DNA of 64,000 bases from an uncultured Candidatus Woesearchaeota archaeon (lineage in GTDB: Archaea > Nanobdellota > Nanobdellia > Woesearchaeales > B29-G15): assembly GCA_903915225.1 (NCBI GenBank), contig CAIWSB010000055.1:6847-70846 (forward strand), written 5' to 3'. The notes under the pieces are model-generated. The model was not told where the DNA came from. It did no database searches and was given only the letters and a program-made list of their open reading frames with translations. A program made the translations under genes and the position numbers. Position 1 is the first letter of the stretch; each line of letters opens with the position of its first letter. Shown in pieces: positions 58,055 to 64,000 of this stretch.

Positions 58055-58483
58055 ATGATTCCACAAAAGGTCAAGGCATTGTTCGAAAAGCAGGCACTGG
58101 TTGCCTTTGCAACAGCAGACAAGAATGGCAAGCCCAATGTTGTACCCGTGTTTTGGAAGAAAATCTCAGGCAATTGCACAATCCTGCTGATAGATAATTA
58201 TTTCAACGCCACGAAGAGCAACCTGCTCGAGAACAAGAATGCATGCCTAGCATTCTGGAACCCTGAAACAGAGGAGGCTTACAAGCTTAAAGGCCAGGCA
58301 AATTACCATTTCTCTGGCAAAGTGTTTGAACAGGGCAAGGCCTTCCTGCAATCAAAGAAGTCCGGAAGAATCCCGCGCGGTGTTGTGGAATTAAGGGTAA
58401 AGGAAATCTTCACAATCACTCCAGGGCCAGATGCAGGTAAACAAATCAAGGGAATTTCTTCACCAGCTTATTATCAAGCTTAG
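58055..58483 (+). CDS. pyridoxamine 5'-phosphate oxidase-like FMN-binding protein
   Basis: ATADKNGKPNV, NLLEN, YKLKG, TPGPDAG. Confidence 0.88.
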   Translation: MIPQKVKALFEKQALVAFATADKNGKPNVVPVFWKKISGNCTILLIDNYFNATKSNLLENKNACLAFWNPETEEAYKLKGQANYHFSGKVFEQGKAFLQSKKSGRIPRGVVELRVKEIFTITPGPDAGKQIKGISSPAYYQA

Positions 58484-58563
58484 TTGCAGCATAAGTCCCA
58501 ATTCTCAACCGAAAGGTTTATATCTACAATACGTTTTAATAATAAAATACAACGTAGGTGGTG

Positions 58564-58842
58564 ATGATGGAAGTCGCAATTACTAAGATATCAGAGAACG
58601 GGCAGGTGGTTATCCCCTCAGAGATTAGAAAAGATGCAGGGATAAAGCCCTCAACCAAATTTATCGTGTTCAATCAGGATGGCAATATTTTGCTTAAGCA
58701 AATTAAGAAAGAGGCCTTAAAGGCAGACATGCAACTCATTGAGAAAATAATGAGGAGTGAAGAACAAATAAACCAGGATAAATTTGTCATAGCAGATGCC
58801 TCCAGGAGTGCCGAGGAGATTGACGACCTGCTGATGCAATAA
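58564..58842 (+). CDS. AbrB/MazE/SpoVT-type antitoxin
   Basis: KISENGQVVIPSEIRK; acidic tail; directly upstream of the toxin. Confidence 0.88.
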   Translation: MMEVAITKISENGQVVIPSEIRKDAGIKPSTKFIVFNQDGNILLKQIKKEALKADMQLIEKIMRSEEQINQDKFVIADASRSAEEIDDLLMQ

Positions 58843-58843
58843 G

Positions 58844-59089
58844 ATGAAGCTGCTCTTTACAGAAGACTTCTTGAAAGAGTTCAAGAGAATCAAGGACAAA
58901 ACCACAAGAATAAGGATAATTAACCATCTTAAAAAATTAGAGCAGCTCCCTGATTCTGGGAAGCCTTTGCAATACAACCTGAAAGGCCACCGAAGCGTAA
59001 GGGTACCGCCTTTCAGGATAATTTATCGTCTTGAACAGGATAAGGTTATCATTAACTGCTTTGACAACAGAGAAGAAATTTACAAGTAA
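58844..59089 (+). CDS. RelE/ParE family toxin
   Basis: GKPL..NLKGHRSVRVPPFRIIY...REEIY. Confidence 0.9.
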   Translation: MKLLFTEDFLKEFKRIKDKTTRIRIINHLKKLEQLPDSGKPLQYNLKGHRSVRVPPFRIIYRLEQDKVIINCFDNREEIYK

Positions 59090-59096
59090 ACCTCTC

Positions 59097-60026
59097 TCAG
59101 ACACCTAACTTCTTCGCCAGCTTATCCCCTAGCTTAATGATATAATCCCTGCCAAACTCATGATTAGTTAACCCCTTTAACAGGAAATCAGGGAGCAGCC
59201 TAACCTCATATTTCGCAAGATTAAGCCCTAGGCTCATTGCAGCAGTACTGTCGGTGTCACCGCCAAGGTGAATTGCCTTGCGAAGAACAACTTTTGGGTC
59301 TGCATGGGTTGAGAGGATGTACATCACAGCACCAACAGAATGCATTGCATCACCTGACAAGCCCGACGCTGAAAACTCCTTCCCAAAAATAATTTCGGGG
59401 TCCTCTCTTGGGAGATGTTGAATTGCCTTGAAGTGCTCATAGGACTCTTTGTCTATCTTCTCAATGTGTGGCAGCACGAAATCGAACATGGATTTATTCC
59501 CATCACCATAAAGGAAATTATGAGCCAAGAGCGCCACTGCAACAGATGAGGCAATGCCCTGCGGTGTATTATGCGATACCTCTGCGTTAATCTTTGCATA
59601 CTGGATTAGAGTTGACAAATCTTTTATTACACCCAAAGGCAGAGCCCTCATGGCAGCCCCGTTGCCAGTTGCATTCTTGTCAATATTCTGGAGGAATTCC
59701 TTGCCGGAACTAGAAGCTTCAAGTGCTGCCTTGACGCGCTTGCTGTAGCCCTCAATCGGGTCGCGCTTATAGCACATCACAAATGCATCTGCAAGGTTCT
59801 CATGGGTGAAAGGCAAATCACCAGAGAGCAGCTCAGCAACTGCAATTGACATCTGGGTGTCGTCTGTGTACATGCCCTGCTTTCTGGTAGGATGGGACCG
59901 GTACTGAGAAAAGTCAAGGCCGTGCCCATATTCGTACCTATCCTTAAACGCAAACTCATATGGGGCGCCGTAAGCATCCCCCATGGCCACCCCGAGGAGC
60001 ATGCTTTGAACCTTATTAAACTCCAT
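59097..60026 (-). CDS. ADP-ribosylglycohydrolase (ARH/DraG family)
   Basis: GDAYG, YTDDTQM, GNGAAMR, GGDTDS. Confidence 0.93.
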   Translation of the reverse strand: MEFNKVQSMLLGVAMGDAYGAPYEFAFKDRYEYGHGLDFSQYRSHPTRKQGMYTDDTQMSIAVAELLSGDLPFTHENLADAFVMCYKRDPIEGYSKRVKAALEASSSGKEFLQNIDKNATGNGAAMRALPLGVIKDLSTLIQYAKINAEVSHNTPQGIASSVAVALLAHNFLYGDGNKSMFDFVLPHIEKIDKESYEHFKAIQHLPREDPEIIFGKEFSASGLSGDAMHSVGAVMYILSTHADPKVVLRKAIHLGGDTDSTAAMSLGLNLAKYEVRLLPDFLLKGLTNHEFGRDYIIKLGDKLAKKLGV

Positions 60027-60138
60027 AAAATAAGAGGGGAAAACTCAATTAAAAACCTTTGGATAAGCGCAAGTTTTCAGCCCAAAGGTTTATGAATGCT
60101 TATTATTATACAATATATGGGACCGAAGGGGGGACAAA

Positions 60139-60513
60139 ATGAGAATAGAAATAGGCAAAACCTCTTTGGACCAGATGGTGAGTAAGCTTAGCCAGGAATC
60201 ACAGGGAAATTCACTGGCGGGATTTCTGTTGGGTCACCTGCAGGATGAGGATTATGTCGTGGAGAGCTTCTACCTGCCAAAGAGGGCAAAGGCAATTGGG
60301 GAAAAACCTGTCAGTTTGAAGAGTTTCAGGGAGGCAAAAAGGGATGGGGTGTGCGAAGGCGTCTGTATAATCGGGCTCTTGGTCTACCGTTCAACTGCAT
60401 CCCCAATCTATGAAGAGTATCTGCAGCAGAGCAGGGAGCTACTCGCATCACAAGGATGCCCTAGCCTGCTTATGACTGTTGACACATACGGCCGCGTGGA
60501 GTTTGATACGTGA
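60139..60513 (+). CDS. hypothetical protein, possibly degenerate MPN/JAB fold
   Basis: AGFLLG strand and IIG, but no HSH motif. Confidence 0.5.
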   Translation: MRIEIGKTSLDQMVSKLSQESQGNSLAGFLLGHLQDEDYVVESFYLPKRAKAIGEKPVSLKSFREAKRDGVCEGVCIIGLLVYRSTASPIYEEYLQQSRELLASQGCPSLLMTVDTYGRVEFDT

Positions 60514-60537
60514 GCAGGAAGGCTTAACATGTTGGCT

Positions 60538-60563
60538 TTTGCCTAGTTGGAAGTCTAGGCAAA
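60538..60563. terminator. inverted repeat / hairpin
   Basis: TTTGCCTAG-N8-CTAGGCAAA between genes. Confidence 0.4.
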
Positions 60564-60594
60564 TTATTTAAGTGCCTTCAACATAGAAATATTT

Positions 60595-61155
60595 ATGAAA
60601 ATATTATTCAAAATCCTAATCGCGGCCTTAGGAATTGCACTTCTGGCTTTCTTCTTCCCAAAAAGTGCAGGCAGCACCTGTGGGTTTTGCCCTGGTTTCC
60701 CAAGCATCCAGAGGACAGAGTATGAGTGTATTGGATTTCTATCTGAATCCCCGGCGTATTGCCTAGACTGCGGTATGAATATCATGTGCTTCGGAATCGT
60801 AACCTCAAAAAAGAAGTGCTATACGGCAGTTGATAACAGAGCAGTAGAGGTACCTGGATGCAAAAACCCTACAACATCTGAAGAAGTCTTAAGTTTATGC
60901 CCGGAATGCTTCTCTCAAGCAGCAATCAAGGCTGTATTCCCAGAGAATAATCTGCCAAAGGCAATTGAAATCTGCAGTTTAGCTGGAGACAAAAGGGATA
61001 ATTGCCTGTTAAAAGTATTGCAGCTCTCATCCTCTTCGCAAATCAAAAAAGATGGGAGAATGATTTGCTCTGGTGTTAGCGATGAGGAGATGGGATCATG
61101 CACTATGGAGCTTGTGAGGAAGCTCAACTTAAACAATACTAATTCCAGTGATTAA
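60595..61155 (+). CDS. cysteine-rich secreted or membrane-anchored protein
   Basis: N-terminal hydrophobic helix; many Cys including CxxC pairs. Confidence 0.75.
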   Translation: MKILFKILIAALGIALLAFFFPKSAGSTCGFCPGFPSIQRTEYECIGFLSESPAYCLDCGMNIMCFGIVTSKKKCYTAVDNRAVEVPGCKNPTTSEEVLSLCPECFSQAAIKAVFPENNLPKAIEICSLAGDKRDNCLLKVLQLSSSSQIKKDGRMICSGVSDEEMGSCTMELVRKLNLNNTNSSD

Positions 61156-61206
61156 TATATTAAGCCGAGCGAAGGTTTTTTATTCCAGCAAATCACCTGC
61201 CAATGG

Positions 61207-61995
61207 ATGGAAATCAAGGAGATTAAGGCCAGCTCAATCATATCCAAGTCAGGCATTCCTGGAGCTGATTTTGTAATCAACCCTTACGTTGGCTGCTCGC
61301 ACGCATGCATCTACTGCTATGCTAGGTTCATGAAAAGGTTCACAGGCCATGCTGAACCATGGGGGACTTTTGTGGATGCAAAAATCAACGCCCCAGAGCT
61401 TATCCCAAAAAACACAGACAAATTCAAGGGCAAATCTATCTACATCTCATCTGTGACTGATGCATACATGCCTATCGAAGAAAAGTACAGGCTCACTCGC
61501 AGAATCCTTGAGAATCTAATTCCGCTCCAACCAAACCTGAGCATCCAAACAAAATCAGATTTGGTGCTAAGGGACATGGACCTGCTGAAGCAATTCAAGA
61601 ATGTTGAAGTTGGGTTCACAATCACTACCCTAGACGAAAGCCTGAGGAATGAAATTGAACCATTTGCCTCACCCTCAATTAACAGGCTCAATGCCCTAAA
61701 GCAGTTTAAGGCAGCTGGCTTCAGGACATTTGTATTCATCGGCCCGATAATGCCTTACCTCACTAAATGGAAAGATATCCTGGAGAACACAAGTAGGTAC
61801 ACGGATCATTACCTCATTGACCAGCTCAACCCCTATGCTGCCGTATGGGGGAGCGTAATGGCGTGGCTCAGGCAAAAGTACCCAAACATGGTTGAGGATT
61901 ATTTGAACCTGAACAACTATTGGAGCAATCTGGGGCAAGAAATCGTTTCTTACTGCAAAAAAGAGAGGCTTAATGCCTGGGTTTTGTTTGGCTAA
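61207..61995 (+). CDS. radical SAM protein, spore photoproduct lyase-like family
   Basis: NPYVGCSHACIYCYA, SSVTDAY, TKS, EP. Confidence 0.9.
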   Translation: MEIKEIKASSIISKSGIPGADFVINPYVGCSHACIYCYARFMKRFTGHAEPWGTFVDAKINAPELIPKNTDKFKGKSIYISSVTDAYMPIEEKYRLTRRILENLIPLQPNLSIQTKSDLVLRDMDLLKQFKNVEVGFTITTLDESLRNEIEPFASPSINRLNALKQFKAAGFRTFVFIGPIMPYLTKWKDILENTSRYTDHYLIDQLNPYAAVWGSVMAWLRQKYPNMVEDYLNLNNYWSNLGQEIVSYCKKERLNAWVLFG

Positions 61996-62038
61996 TGTTT
62001 TCAGTAGATTTATAAATGAGTAATTAATCGCAAAGCAA

Positions 62039-62956
62039 ATGCTAGAGATTCTCAAGATTTCTGAGAATAAGCTCCAAATCCTGAATAGGCCGGAGCCCAA
62101 CTGCTGGATTAACGCCTCAAACCCATCTGAAGAGGACATAATCACGCTTAGGACTTTCTTCGACATCCCAGAGGAACTGCTCACGTCGCTGAAAGACATT
62201 GATGAGGTCCCCATATTGGAGGATTACCCAAATTTCACATTTATCATTATCCGCGCACCTTACAACAATCTCCAGAACGACCTGGAGTATTTCTCGGTGC
62301 CTGTGGGGATTTTCATTAACAAGCACATGGTGCTAACGCTCTCATATTTTGACAATGATGTCATCCCTAAGCTGAAGACCCAGAGGTTCGAGTTCCACAA
62401 GACCCAGCTGGCATTCAGGCTCCTGCTAATCGCGGCGAGGCTTTACTTAACTTACCTAAATGAGATCAAGAAAAAGATGTACGCCCTAGAGAACCAGCTG
62501 GAGCAGAGCCAGAAAAACAAGATTGTCCTGGATCTGCTGGATATTGAGAAATCCCTGGTTTATTTCAGCACATCGCTAAAGTCCAATGAGATTCTTGTCA
62601 ACAGGATTGCCAGGGATAAATCCCTCTTGAAAACTCCAGCAGACAGGAAGATGATTGCTGATGTGGCTGACGAGAACCTCCAGGCAATTGAAATGACTCA
62701 TACCTATTCCAGCATCCTGGGTGAAACCCTTGATGCCTTTGCGTCTGTGATTTCCAACAACCTCAACATTGTCATGAAGATATTGGCTGTTTTAACAATT
62801 GTCATATCCCTTCCGACACTTGTTGTCTCAATTTATGGGATGAACATTCCAGTTCCATTCCAGAGTTCTCCCCATATATTTCCCATTGTGATGGGGGTTT
62901 CTGGCTTCTTGGGACTCTTGTCCATCATATTCTTCTGGAGAATGAAGTTCTTCTAG
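62039..62956 (+). CDS. corA: CorA family Mg2+ transporter
   Basis: YGMN signature between two C-terminal TMs. Confidence 0.93.
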   Translation: MLEILKISENKLQILNRPEPNCWINASNPSEEDIITLRTFFDIPEELLTSLKDIDEVPILEDYPNFTFIIIRAPYNNLQNDLEYFSVPVGIFINKHMVLTLSYFDNDVIPKLKTQRFEFHKTQLAFRLLLIAARLYLTYLNEIKKKMYALENQLEQSQKNKIVLDLLDIEKSLVYFSTSLKSNEILVNRIARDKSLLKTPADRKMIADVADENLQAIEMTHTYSSILGETLDAFASVISNNLNIVMKILAVLTIVISLPTLVVSIYGMNIPVPFQSSPHIFPIVMGVSGFLGLLSIIFFWRMKFF

Positions 62957-62982
62957 GCTCGTAATTTTTAAACTTTTTTTTA

Positions 62983-63002
62983 ATATTACTGTAAAGTAAA
63001 TA
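62983..63002. promoter_or_regulatory. 8-4-8 palindrome, site 15
   Basis: ATATTACT-GTAA-AGTAAATA, 13 bp before TTTTTAAG. Confidence 0.55.
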
Positions 63003-63043
63003 AGTACATTAGATTTTTAAGCGATGACGTGCTCCTATTTTTC

Positions 63044-64000
63044 ATGGAGCTTGAAAGAGTTCTTAGAGAGATTCAGGCAACTGGCTCATACTGGCGGGGC
63101 GATTCAACCATTAACTGGGATGGCCATTTGGCAACACTCTCTTTTGCTCTGAAGGACAGCTCCATTGTGTCAAAACTGCTCCCAAACCTCCCTGAGGATA
63201 TAAAGAATAGAATCAAATACCCAAAGAACTGGGAGGCTCTCCATCTTACAAATCTCCCTGCTTGGGCAACCTTAAACAGGATAACTGCCTCAAATCCAGG
63301 AGCAGATGCCAAGGAGGCAATAGCGCCACTGGTGGAATATGCAAACAGCATTGTTTACCCTGATGTTCATATTACCAGAAGGGCAGGGGCTTATATCTTG
63401 GTGCTTGATGGAAAGGCGGTTTACGCAACTGAATCTGTTATTGACTATTGCCCTCTGGCAAAGATGCTCTTTACGCGCCACAGCTACGGCAAGGACATGC
63501 CCTTCAAGGAGAAGCTCATCAAGGAGATGAACGAGCAGGCAATCGGCGAGTTCAAGATGTTCAGCGGGCAGCGCAGCCTCAGGGAATGCGAGGCCAAGGT
63601 GCCGTTTGGTTCATCTGAAATATCAATGGATGCGATGAGGAAAGGGCTTTATGAGGCACTCGTGCAGGTGTGCGACGGTGTCGGCACTGTGATTACATTT
63701 GACCCGGAGCACAGCCAGGGCGTCGGCGCAGTAATGACAGGCACTTTCTACACAACACCTATTGATGAACTTGTCAAGAAATGCCACCAGGAGAACGTGT
63801 TCCCGGTCTTCCCGGAAACCGGGGAAATTGACCAACTCACGGGCGTCAAGGCTGCAATTCGCCTTGGCAAGAAGAACATCGCGGTCTCAACTGCAGTGGG
63901 ATTCAACAGAAACCTTGGAGATATTGCAGCCCTCGAAACAGACGATATCAAGATTTACCGCTTCGCTTTGTGCTCAACCGGGATAGATGAGGAGACTGCA
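63044..64000 (+). CDS. DUF2099 / methanogenesis marker 8-like protein with N-terminal extension (partial, missing from the ORF track)
   Basis: Open frame from ATG 63044 to the window end: DGK...YCPL, FGSSE, VCDGVGTV, QGVG, TPI, IDQLTGV, IAV. Confidence 0.75.
   Translation, partial: MELERVLREIQATGSYWRGDSTINWDGHLATLSFALKDSSIVSKLLPNLPEDIKNRIKYPKNWEALHLTNLPAWATLNRITASNPGADAKEAIAPLVEYANSIVYPDVHITRRAGAYILVLDGKAVYATESVIDYCPLAKMLFTRHSYGKDMPFKEKLIKEMNEQAIGEFKMFSGQRSLRECEAKVPFGSSEISMDAMRKGLYEALVQVCDGVGTVITFDPEHSQGVGAVMTGTFYTTPIDELVKKCHQENVFPVFPETGEIDQLTGVKAAIRLGKKNIAVSTAVGFNRNLGDIAALETDDIKIYRFALCSTGIDEETA

Noticed and set aside
58564-60026. TA pair plus ADP-ribosylglycohydrolase as one ADP-ribosylation defence system
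   Set aside because: The genes are convergent, the toxin is RelE-type, and no ADP-ribosyltransferase is recognisable.
4725-63002. Recurrent palindromes as a CRISPR array or Xer dif sites
   Set aside because: Copies are kilobases apart without regular spacers, no cas genes are present, and the central bases vary more than Xer recombination normally tolerates. A recombination role is kept only as a secondary hypothesis.

Overview
Archaeal genome fragment: TATA/BRE promoters, GGTGA ribosome-binding sites, many probably leaderless starts and a Dph6 gene. Gene content suggests a DPANN lineage such as Woesearchaeota (inference only). A few housekeeping genes (uvrA-uvrC-uvrB, PPase, ThiI-like PP-loop ATPase, Dph6, CorA, an AbrB/RelE toxin-antitoxin pair) sit among many lineage-specific genes, often in tandem paralog arrays, with numerous zincin-like proteases and protease inhibitors. 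Four signals stand out. (1) A tightly coupled operon at <1-4681: RHH regulator, SelO-like kinase-fold protein, divergent cyclodipeptide-synthase-like protein, M23 peptidase and at least three EExxH paralogs. (2) A 20-bp palindrome, consensus TTACTACT-N4-AGTAGTAA, found 15 times, nearly always 13-17 bp upstream of a TATA box of an accessory gene. (3) Two copies of a ~105-bp multi-hairpin element with compensatory changes. (4) A duplicated gene 3' end that looks like an insertion scar. I saw no rRNA, tRNA, CRISPR array, transposase or integrase. All family assignments come from motifs recognised by eye; no database searches were run.
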